Shown: in pieces, positions 10,199-18,601 of the stretch
How the letters are laid out: each line of letters begins with the position of its first letter
Position numbering within the stretch: position 1 is the stretch's first letter
Notes under the pieces: model-generated
Database searches by the model: none
What the model was told of the DNA's origin: nothing
Seen by the model: only the letters and a program-made list of their open reading frames with translations
Assembly (NCBI GenBank): GCA_965203515.1
Contig: OZ241907.1
Coordinates: forward strand, 4,071,235-4,135,234
From: Spirochaetia bacterium
GTDB taxonomy: Bacteria; Spirochaetota; Spirochaetia; SZUA-6; Bin103
Length of the DNA stretch: 64,000 nt
Direction: 5' to 3'
Program-made: the position numbers and the translations under genes

Positions 10199-10274
10199 CG
10201 CCCCGCCCCGGCGCCGGCGTGGTCGAAGCAGGGGGCCTGCCATCGCACTGAACCGACCGCCGCTACTGCCGCAA

Positions 10275-12665
10275 TTGCCGCAGGATACGCCTCGGCGGCT
10301 GCCGTGGCGCGACGCGTTCATCGCGCTCATCGCGTTCACGGCAATTGGCGCCGCCGTCCTCGACGACTACGGCATATCGTGGGATGAGCACCGCCAGCGC
10401 AGCATCGGCCAGGCGGCGGTCGCCTACGCGCAAGGCGACGCCGGCGCCTTGGCCGCAGACCACAACCGTTACTACGGAGTCGCGTTCGAAGCGCCGCTGA
10501 TCCTGGTCGAACGGCTGCTCGGCCTCACCGACAGCCGCGCCGTCTACCTCAGCCGCCACCTGCTGACCCACCTGTTCTTCCTCACCGGCGGCTTCTTCTG
10601 CTGGCTGCTCGCCTTCCGCCTGTTCCGCGACCGCCGGCTGGCGCTGTTCGCCCTGCTGCTGTTCCTGCTGCAGCCCCGCCTGTACGCCCACTCCTTCTTC
10701 AACACCAAGGACATCCCGTTCCTGGTCATGTTCATGATCGCCCTCTATCTGGTGCAGCGCGCCTTCCGCCGCGACACCGCCGGCGCGTTCGCGCTCTGCG
10801 GGGTGGGCGTGGGCGTGCTGGTCAACCTGCGCGTCATGGGCCTGCTGCTGTGCGCGGCGGTGCCGGCGCTGCGGGCACTCGACCTGCTGCAGGCGCATGG
10901 GCCGGCGGAGCGGCGGCGCGCGCTGGCGACCGCCGGCGCGTTCCTGCTGGCTGCGGCCGCGGCCCTGTACGCGGTCTCGCCCCATCTCTGGCGCAACCCG
11001 CTGGAGCTGATCGACGCCGTCGTCACCTTCGCGCGCCATCCCTCCCCTATTCCAACCCTGTTTCAAGGCGAAATGGTGCGCTGGCCTGAGATTCCGCCGC
11101 ACTACCTGCCGACCTGGATGGCGATCACCACGCCGCCGGCGGCGCTGCTGTTGAGCCTGGCCGGGATCGGCGCCGTGTTCGCGCGCGGTCTGACGCGCCC
11201 GCGCGAGGTCCTCCGCAACACCCCCGTCACGCGCTTCGGGGCGCTGCTGGTCGCCTGCCTGGCGCTGCCGGCCGCGGCCGTCATCGCGGTCGACGCCAAT
11301 CTCTACAACGGTTGGCGGCAGATGTACTTCCTGGCCGCCCCGCTGGCCCTGCTGGCGATCTACGGCCTGCGCCGGCTGCTGGCCGCCGCGGGCCGGCGGC
11401 CGTGGCTGCGGCGCGGCGTCTACGCGCTGGCCGCGGCGGGCTTGGCCGCGGCCGCGGTCGAGATGGCGCTGATCCACCCCCATCAGATGGTCTACTTCAA
11501 CTTCCTGGTCGACCGCCGCACCCCCGAATACCTGCGTACCCGCTACGAGATGGAGTACTGGGGGCCGGCCTACCGCGAAGGGCTGGAGCATCTGCTCCGC
11601 CGCCACCCGCAGGAAACCATCCACGTCGTTGCGGCGAAGAACTGGCGACACGCGCTCGTCAGCGCCAATCTGCGCATACTCCCTGCAACCGAACGCCGCA
11701 GAGTCGTCATCACCGACCGCGCGCATGACGCCGCGGCGAACCATCACTACGCCATCACCAATCATACTCGCGCCAATCACCGCCGCAGCTTCCCGTTCTC
11801 GCCCGCGGTCTATGCGCGCCGCATCTACCACAACACCATCCTCACGGTGGCCGCCCTCGACCCGGCGCAGATCGACGCTGCGACCGTCGCAGACTTCCGG
11901 GAAGCGTACCGCGCCGCACGCTCGCGGGAGCCGGTCGCCCGCTCGGACTACGACCTGTATCTCGACGGCGCCACGCTGACCTACGTCAAGGACAACTGCC
12001 CGGTGAAAGACCTGGATGAGAAGAAGTTCTTCCTGCACCTCTTCCCCGCGGACGCCGCCGACCTGCCCGCCCACCAGCGGGAGCTGGGGTTCGACAACCG
12101 GGACTTCTATCTCTGGGAGGGCGGCGCGCGGATCGACGGCGCCTGCGTGGCGGTCGTGACACTGCCCGATTACGAGTTCACGCGCATCCGTACCGGGCAA
12201 TTCGAAACCCGCGGCTGGCCCCAGCTCTGGAGCGTCGAGTTCGCGGCCGGACCGGCCGCGCAGCGCTATTGGGAGGCGCGCGCCGCGATCCGCTCCGGCG
12301 CCTGGGGAGCGCCGGCCGCGCGCGGAGCTTTCGACCTCTATCTGAACGGAACGGTGCTGGCATATCACAAGGAGCCGTGCGCGGCGGAGGAGCTGCGGGC
12401 GCGGTTCTTCCTGCACGTGATTCCCGCGGACGCGGGCGACCTGTCTCCGCAAGACCGGCGGCACGGCTTCGAGAACCGGGACTTCGACTACCACGAACAC
12501 GGGGCGCGGTTCGGCGCGGCGTGCGTGGCGCTGGCGCCGTTGCCGGAGTACGCGATCGCCGGCCTCCGCACCGGCCAGTTCATCAGCGGGCAGGGCCGGC
12601 TCTGGAGCGCGGAGATTGCGGCGCCGGCCGCGGCGCAGGGCCGTGAGGCCGACTCCGGCGAATGA
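10275..12665 (+). CDS. GT-C membrane glycosyltransferase with two C-terminal two-Cys domains, copy 2
   Basis: TTG start; close paralogue of 7654-10077 (DYGISWDE, HSFFNTKD, EYWG). Confidence 0.82.
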   Translation: MPQDTPRRLPWRDAFIALIAFTAIGAAVLDDYGISWDEHRQRSIGQAAVAYAQGDAGALAADHNRYYGVAFEAPLILVERLLGLTDSRAVYLSRHLLTHLFFLTGGFFCWLLAFRLFRDRRLALFALLLFLLQPRLYAHSFFNTKDIPFLVMFMIALYLVQRAFRRDTAGAFALCGVGVGVLVNLRVMGLLLCAAVPALRALDLLQAHGPAERRRALATAGAFLLAAAAALYAVSPHLWRNPLELIDAVVTFARHPSPIPTLFQGEMVRWPEIPPHYLPTWMAITTPPAALLLSLAGIGAVFARGLTRPREVLRNTPVTRFGALLVACLALPAAAVIAVDANLYNGWRQMYFLAAPLALLAIYGLRRLLAAAGRRPWLRRGVYALAAAGLAAAAVEMALIHPHQMVYFNFLVDRRTPEYLRTRYEMEYWGPAYREGLEHLLRRHPQETIHVVAAKNWRHALVSANLRILPATERRRVVITDRAHDAAANHHYAITNHTRANHRRSFPFSPAVYARRIYHNTILTVAALDPAQIDAATVADFREAYRAARSREPVARSDYDLYLDGATLTYVKDNCPVKDLDEKKFFLHLFPADAADLPAHQRELGFDNRDFYLWEGGARIDGACVAVVTLPDYEFTRIRTGQFETRGWPQLWSVEFAAGPAAQRYWEARAAIRSGAWGAPAARGAFDLYLNGTVLAYHKEPCAAEELRARFFLHVIPADAGDLSPQDRRHGFENRDFDYHEHGARFGAACVALAPLPEYAIAGLRTGQFISGQGRLWSAEIAAPAAAQGREADSGE

Positions 12666-12669
12666 GCGG

Positions 12670-12698
12670 ATGATAGCCGCGCGGGGTTCGGCTATCAT
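12670..12698 (+). promoter_or_regulatory. Third copy of the AAA leader; perfect 10-bp inverted repeat
   Basis: ATGATAGCCG-cgcggggtt-CGGCTATCAT. Confidence 0.6.
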
Positions 12699-12733
12699 GG
12701 CCGGACCATGACCGCGCCGCACCGAGACGCGCC

Positions 12734-14275
12734 ATGACGCGCCGGAAACTGCCGATCGGCATTCAGACCTTCCGCAAGCTCCGCGAGGACGACTGCTACT
12801 ACGTCGACAAGACCGCCTTCATCCTCCGCCTGACGCAGAAGGGAAAGCACTACTTCCTGTCGCGCCCGCGGCGCTTCGGCAAGAGCCTGCTGGTCGACAC
12901 CATCAAGGAACTGTTCGAGGGCAGCGAGGCACTGTTTCGCGGCCTGCACGTCCACGACCACTGGGAGTGGTCGGAGCGCCGCCCGGTGGTGCGCCTCGAC
13001 TTCGGCGGCGGCGACTACGCGGCGCCGGACGGCCTGCAAGAAGACTTGGCCGACCAGTTGACGGCGCTCGAGACGGCCGCCGGCGCGAGCGCGCGCAGCG
13101 CCTCCGCGCCGATCCGCTTCCGGCGCCTGCTCGAGGGCTTGCACCGGAGCGCCGGCCGGCGGGTGGCGGTGCTGATCGACGAGTACGACAAGCCGATCCT
13201 GGACGCGCTGGGGACGCCGGCGGTCGCGGCCGCCAACCGCCGGCTGCTGCGCAGCCTGTACTCGAACGTGAAGTTCGCCGACGCTCACATCCGCTTCACG
13301 CTGCTGACCGGGGTGAGCAAGTTCTCCAAGGTCAGCGTCTTCTCCGGCCTCAACAACCTGATCGACATCACGCTGGATCCTCGCTATGCGGCGATCTGCG
13401 GTTACACCGAGGCCGACCTGGACACGGTGTTCGCGGCGGAGCTGCCGGGCCTGGACCGGGAGGAGATCCGCGATTGGTACAACGGCTACAACTGGCGCGG
13501 TGACGATCGGGTCTACAACCCGTTCGACATCCTGCTGCTGTTCGACCGCCGGGAGTTCGCCGCCCATTGGTTCGAGACCGGCACGCCGTCGTTTCTGATC
13601 GACGCGCTGATCAAGCGCGGGGTCGTCTCGCCTGAGCTGGACGGGATGCTGGCCGGCGCCGAGCTGCTGTCCGCGTTCGACGTGGAGGAGATGGAGCCGG
13701 CGGCGCTGCTGTTCCAGACCGGCTACCTGACGATCCGGGACGTCGAAGATGACGACGGCGAGCCGCTCTACCGGCTCGGCTATCCCAACCGCGAGGTGCG
13801 GCAGAGCCTGAACCGCCACCTGCTGCGCGCGCTCGGCGCGGCGGGTCAGGCGGCGGACCGCGGCCGCCTGCGCCGGCTGCTGGCGGCGCGCGACTTCGCG
13901 GGGTTGGAGGCGCTGTTCCGGGCGTTCTTCGCCGGCATCCCGTACGAGTGGCACACGCGCAACGACATCGCGCGCTACGAGGGCTACTACGCGACCGTGT
14001 TCTACGCCTGGTTCGCGGCGGCGGGACTGGAGCCGGCGGCCGAAGAGTCGAGCAGCCGCGGGCGGGTCGACCTGGCGGTGCGGTACCGGGGCAACGTCTA
14101 TCTGTTCGAGTTCAAGGTGGTGGAGCTGGAGCCGGAGGGCGCGGCGCTGGCGCAGTTGCGGGCGCGCGGCTACGCCGACAAGTACCGAGCTTCCGGGGAG
14201 CCGATCCACCTGATCGGGGTGGAGTTCAGCCGCGAGGCGCGCACCCTTGCCGCCTTCGAGGTGGCCCGCGCCTGA
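12734..14275 (+). CDS. AAA-ATPase-like / PD-(D/E)XK nuclease protein, copy 3
   Basis: Same motifs as copy 2, with divergent internal blocks. Confidence 0.92.
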   Translation: MTRRKLPIGIQTFRKLREDDCYYVDKTAFILRLTQKGKHYFLSRPRRFGKSLLVDTIKELFEGSEALFRGLHVHDHWEWSERRPVVRLDFGGGDYAAPDGLQEDLADQLTALETAAGASARSASAPIRFRRLLEGLHRSAGRRVAVLIDEYDKPILDALGTPAVAAANRRLLRSLYSNVKFADAHIRFTLLTGVSKFSKVSVFSGLNNLIDITLDPRYAAICGYTEADLDTVFAAELPGLDREEIRDWYNGYNWRGDDRVYNPFDILLLFDRREFAAHWFETGTPSFLIDALIKRGVVSPELDGMLAGAELLSAFDVEEMEPAALLFQTGYLTIRDVEDDDGEPLYRLGYPNREVRQSLNRHLLRALGAAGQAADRGRLRRLLAARDFAGLEALFRAFFAGIPYEWHTRNDIARYEGYYATVFYAWFAAAGLEPAAEESSSRGRVDLAVRYRGNVYLFEFKVVELEPEGAALAQLRARGYADKYRASGEPIHLIGVEFSREARTLAAFEVARA

Positions 14276-14390
14276 CGCCCCGCCCCGGCGACGGCGGTCG
14301 CTTGACGGATGAACGGAATCGCCCGGCTGTGGTATCGTCACCGCGTTGGGCAACGCGCACGCGCCGGCTGCGGAGGAGGAGCACCCGAAC

Positions 14391-15935
14391 ATGGCACAGG
14401 TCACCAGCAGGCGGATCGCCCCCCGGTTTCTCCTGATGTATCCGCCCATGGCCTTTTGGCCGGACGACAGCGCCAAGCCGGACGGTTCTCTCGGCCTGCT
14501 GTACATCGCGGGGGCGTTGCGTTCCCGCGGGTATGACGTGGAGCTCCTGGACGCGGTCGTGGGTCCGCCGGAGGCGCCGCTGGAGGATACCTTCTACCGG
14601 GTCGAGCAGTTGCCCGACGGCCGCGCCCGCATCGGCATGACGCAGGAGGCGATTCTGGCGGCGGTCCGCGACTTCGACGTGGTCGGATTGACCAACCTGT
14701 ACACCGCGCAGGCGCCCCCGGCCGCGGAGACGGTGACCGCCATCAAGGCGGCCTACCCGGACAAGCTGGTGATCGTCGGCGGCACCAATGCGCGGCACAT
14801 GGCGAACTGGTTTCTGCAGGCCGGGGCCGACCTGGTATTCCTGTCGGAAGCGGAATGCGGCATCGTGGCGGTCGGCGCGCAGTTGCGGCGCGGCTCCCGC
14901 GACTTTTCCGCGGTTCCGGGCGTGGCGTTCCTCCGGGACGGGACCATGCGCCGCACCTCGTCGACGTCGGTGATACACGATCTGGACGAACTGCCGTTCC
15001 CGGCGTGGGACCTGGCTCCGCTGGACAGGTACTGGGACATCGCGCGTCCCAAGGGCGGCGGGATTCAGGGCAGCGACCGCATCCGGTACGGCAGTTTGAT
15101 GACCTCCCGCGGCTGTCCGTTCAAGTGCACGTTCTGTCATATCTCCAAGGAAGACGTCGGTTCGTTCACCGGCAACCTGCGCGAGCTGCGGGTGAAGTCG
15201 ATCCCCCGCGTCATGGAGGAGTTCGACGTCCTGCAATCGCTCGACGTCGAGTACGTGTTCATCGAGGACGATTCCCTGCTCGCCAAGAAGAAGCGGGCGC
15301 TGCAGATCATCCGCGGAGTCATCGGCAAGGGTCTGAAGCTGAAGGACCTGAACGGCATCAACATCGTCCACATGTGCCGCCCGCAATCCGGCCGGCTGGT
15401 CGCCGATCAGGAATTGTTCGAGGTGATGGCGCACGCCGGATTCAAGGAGATTTCCCTGCCCTTCGAGTCCGCCTCGCAGCGCATCATCGACAAGTACGCC
15501 ACCGGCAAGATCAACCTCGACAAGACCGATACCGTCTCGATCATCAAGACCGCTCAGCGCAATGGCATAACGGTCGGGGGGAACTACATCATCGGCTGGC
15601 CGGACGAAACGCTGGACGAAATGAAGGCGACGATCATGCTGGCGAAGCGCCACGTGGACGCCGGCATGTACCGCGCGAACCTGCAACTCGCCACCCCCTA
15701 TCCGGGATCGCAACTGTTCGACATGGCGGTCGCCGGCGGTCATCTCGATGCCGATTTCGATCCGGCGCGAATGAACTGGCTGCACCCGACGATGCGCAAT
15801 ACCACGGTGCAACCCGAGGTGCTGGACTTTATGAACGAAGTCTTGTGGAAGCTCCTGAATCCCCCCGCGCGCATCGCCAGCGTGCGCAGCATGGCCCCCG
15901 CGTCGGCGTCCGGCGCCGCGCCGGGCGCGCCGTAG
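14391..15935 (+). CDS. Cobalamin-binding radical SAM protein (class B methyltransferase-like)
   Basis: GGAGGAGG RBS before ATG 14391. LGLLYIAGAL/VGG B12-binding-type N-terminus, SRGCPFKCTFC (CxxxCxxC), IEDDS, ES, GWPDET, TPYPGS. Confidence 0.9.
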   Translation: MAQVTSRRIAPRFLLMYPPMAFWPDDSAKPDGSLGLLYIAGALRSRGYDVELLDAVVGPPEAPLEDTFYRVEQLPDGRARIGMTQEAILAAVRDFDVVGLTNLYTAQAPPAAETVTAIKAAYPDKLVIVGGTNARHMANWFLQAGADLVFLSEAECGIVAVGAQLRRGSRDFSAVPGVAFLRDGTMRRTSSTSVIHDLDELPFPAWDLAPLDRYWDIARPKGGGIQGSDRIRYGSLMTSRGCPFKCTFCHISKEDVGSFTGNLRELRVKSIPRVMEEFDVLQSLDVEYVFIEDDSLLAKKKRALQIIRGVIGKGLKLKDLNGINIVHMCRPQSGRLVADQELFEVMAHAGFKEISLPFESASQRIIDKYATGKINLDKTDTVSIIKTAQRNGITVGGNYIIGWPDETLDEMKATIMLAKRHVDAGMYRANLQLATPYPGSQLFDMAVAGGHLDADFDPARMNWLHPTMRNTTVQPEVLDFMNEVLWKLLNPPARIASVRSMAPASASGAAPGAP

Positions 15936-15944
15936 GGGGCCGCC

Positions 15945-17486
15945 TTACCGGCCGCGCTGCCGGCTGACGACGAAGACCCGAATGTCCGGGAACACGCCGA
16001 ACGGGCGCGGCTCCCCGAACCGGTCGCGGAGTCCGTACCGCCGGACGGCGCCGCTCACCTCGTCGCCGTCCAGGACCAGCAGGTAGACGTTGTCGAAGTC
16101 GCCGGCCCCGATGCTTCCTGACTCAGGGTCTCCTGACTCGGGGTCGGCGAAGCGGATCGGCAGATCGTGCAGCGCGGCGTAGTAGCGATACGGCCAAGCC
16201 GGCGGCGCCACCACGTCCCGTTCGCCCACCACCGCCGCCAGCGCCCGCATGGCGCTCTCGGCGCCGGCGTAACGCCCCCTGAGCAGGCCCCGCTCGGCCT
16301 CCAGCCAGCCGCCCGACCAGGTCCAGACCGCGCCGGCGGCGGCCAGCAGCACCGCCAGCAGCGGGGCGGCGAAGCGCGTTGCCGCCGCCCCGCGCCCCGG
16401 CGCAAACCGCCGCGCCGCCAGGCGCTGCGCCGCGGCGTCGATGGCGACCGCCGGCAGCAGCAGGAAGAACGGCATGAGAAACAGGTAGCCGCGTACCGGC
16501 GGCACCCGCCGCAGCGCCACCGAGAAGGCCACGGTCGAGGTGATCACGAGCACCACGAACCACGCCGACGAGGCCTGCCGCCGGCGCGCCGCGGCGAGCA
16601 GGCCGGCGCCGGCGACCAGCGCCCACAGCGCCTGCGCCGGCAGGGGAAGGTCCCAGGCCCAGTGCCGGGCGGTCCCCGCCATACGGTCCACCAGTCGTTC
16701 CCAGAGCAGGGCCGCGGGCTGCGCCGCGGTGTACCGGTTGGCCGCGATCCGTTCCCACTCGGTCCCCAGGAATACCGGCAGGTAGAGGAGCAGCGCCAGG
16801 CCGCCGGTGACCAACAGCGCCGGCAGCAGCCGGCCGGCGCTGCCGGTCCGGCCCCGCGGCGCTGCGGCCGGCCTGGCGACCCACGCCGCCCGCAACGCCG
16901 CGCCGGCGTAGAGGCCGGGAAGCGCGAACAGCGTGGTGGGAAGGACGTGGAGGGCGAGCGCTCCGACGATGCCGGCGGCGAGGACGCCGGCGGCGAGCGT
17001 CAGGCCCCGCCACCGGGACTCGGCAAGCCTCAGCAGCAGCCACGCCAGCGCCATGAGCAGCGCGCTCTGCAGCACGTAGCCGCGCGAGATCACCGAAAAC
17101 AACGCCAGGAACGGAGCGCCCGCCGCCAGCCCCGCGGCCAGCAGCGCCGACCGCCGGGAGAACAGCGCCGCGCCGACCAGGTAGGTCGCCGGAATCAAGG
17201 CGGCGCCCGGCAGCAGAGCCGGCAGGCGAATGCTCCACGGTTGCAGCCCGAACAGCGAGTGGCACAGGTCCACCAGCAGCGTATGGAGGACGTGGTTGCC
17301 GATGTTTTCGTAGAAGGCCGCCACTTCCCGGAACGTCCAGGACTGCACCCAGGCCGCGATCTTCCCCTCGTCGACCCGTATCGGGTCGCCCAGATACGAC
17401 CACCGCAGGCCGAAGCCGATCAGCGTCACGACGGCAAGCGCGGCGTACTCCAGGCGCCGGTCGCCGTCTGCCGAGCAGGAAGTCAC
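15945..17486 (-). CDS. GT-C (family 39-like) membrane glycosyltransferase
   Basis: LR...DE after the first TM helix, NHVLH, SIRLPAL, SRGY; many TM helices. Confidence 0.75.
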   Translation of the reverse strand: MTSCSADGDRRLEYAALAVVTLIGFGLRWSYLGDPIRVDEGKIAAWVQSWTFREVAAFYENIGNHVLHTLLVDLCHSLFGLQPWSIRLPALLPGAALIPATYLVGAALFSRRSALLAAGLAAGAPFLALFSVISRGYVLQSALLMALAWLLLRLAESRWRGLTLAAGVLAAGIVGALALHVLPTTLFALPGLYAGAALRAAWVARPAAAPRGRTGSAGRLLPALLVTGGLALLLYLPVFLGTEWERIAANRYTAAQPAALLWERLVDRMAGTARHWAWDLPLPAQALWALVAGAGLLAAARRRQASSAWFVVLVITSTVAFSVALRRVPPVRGYLFLMPFFLLLPAVAIDAAAQRLAARRFAPGRGAAATRFAAPLLAVLLAAAGAVWTWSGGWLEAERGLLRGRYAGAESAMRALAAVVGERDVVAPPAWPYRYYAALHDLPIRFADPESGDPESGSIGAGDFDNVYLLVLDGDEVSGAVRRYGLRDRFGEPRPFGVFPDIRVFVVSRQRGR

Positions 17487-17578
17487 GCCGCGATTATAGG
17501 CGATGCCGGCCCTCGGATGATGGACAGCGATGCGCGTTGTCGGTCAGACTCGGCGCGAGCCGTGGCAGTCACTTCGCC

Positions 17579-18559
17579 ATGACGGACGCCGAGCATCCGC
17601 GCTATCTCCGCTACGAACGGTCGGTCGCCGTGGTGACCGGCCTCAACCACCAGGCATCCAATCTGGCCTGCCTGCTGCGCGAGGCGCACGCCTGCGGCCG
17701 CCGGGCGCTGCTGCCGCCGTTGCTGCTGGAACCGAAGTACAACTTCAACATCGGCCGCGAGTGGCGCTGGGAGTCGTTCTTCGACTTGCGCGGCAGCCGT
17801 CTGGTCGACGCCGCCGGGCGCGAGCATCCGTTGCCGATCGCCGCCGCGCCGGCGCCGGCCACCGCCGGCCTGTGCACGTTGCGCGTGCCGCCGGGAGCGG
17901 CGCTGCCGCCCGACGCCGGCTCGTACCGGCTGGTGGTGCGCCGCATCGAGCATCCCCAGTTCGCGGTCGACGTGCCGGCGCGGGCGCTGGCCGCGGTGCG
18001 GCTGCGGCTGCGCGCCGCGCCGCAGGTGTTGGCGCTGGCGCGGCCCGTGGTCGAACGGCTGCGCTCGCTCGACCGCGGGCGCTTCGCCGCCGTGCACGTG
18101 CGCCGGCGCGACCGCATGCGCGAGTATCCGCGCCTGCGCCGCCGCTCCGACCGGCGCTACCCCGGCCGCATGACCGAGCCGGCGCGCATTCGCGAGCGCC
18201 TGCAGGCGGCCGGCGTCGCTGACGGCGCCGTGTTGTTCGTCTTCTCGGACGAGCGCGACCCGGCGTTCTGGAACCGGTTGCGGCAGCACTATCGCGTCTT
18301 CCGCGAAGTCGACTTTCCGGCGTTGGCGGCGCTGTTGTCGCCCTCCGGCGAGCCGCTGCCGGACAACTATCTGGTCTATCAGACGGCGCTGGAAGTGATG
18401 CGCAGCGCGGAGTTGCGCATCGACACGCTCCCGATCCGGCCGCCGAACGCCCCCCCCATGCACGGTTCGCTGGTGAGCGAGCGAGAGTGGCGCCGGCCGT
18501 CCCTGATCGTGCACGCCGTCGAGCAGACGGTGTCGCTGTGCCGGCGCCTGCTCCGTTGA
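17579..18559 (+). CDS. O-fucosyltransferase-like GT-B protein
   Basis: GLNHQ near the N-terminus, FAAVHVRRRD and LFVFSDE motifs typical of GDP-fucose-dependent transferases. Confidence 0.6.
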   Translation: MTDAEHPRYLRYERSVAVVTGLNHQASNLACLLREAHACGRRALLPPLLLEPKYNFNIGREWRWESFFDLRGSRLVDAAGREHPLPIAAAPAPATAGLCTLRVPPGAALPPDAGSYRLVVRRIEHPQFAVDVPARALAAVRLRLRAAPQVLALARPVVERLRSLDRGRFAAVHVRRRDRMREYPRLRRRSDRRYPGRMTEPARIRERLQAAGVADGAVLFVFSDERDPAFWNRLRQHYRVFREVDFPALAALLSPSGEPLPDNYLVYQTALEVMRSAELRIDTLPIRPPNAPPMHGSLVSEREWRRPSLIVHAVEQTVSLCRRLLR

Positions 18560-18601
18560 GCCCCTGAGGCGGTCGAAGCTCCGGTTTCGGCGGCCGCCGG
18601 C

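Noticed and set aside
2..14290. Integron cassette array
   Set aside because: No integrase and no recognisable attC core sites; the repeated unit is a whole gene with its leader.
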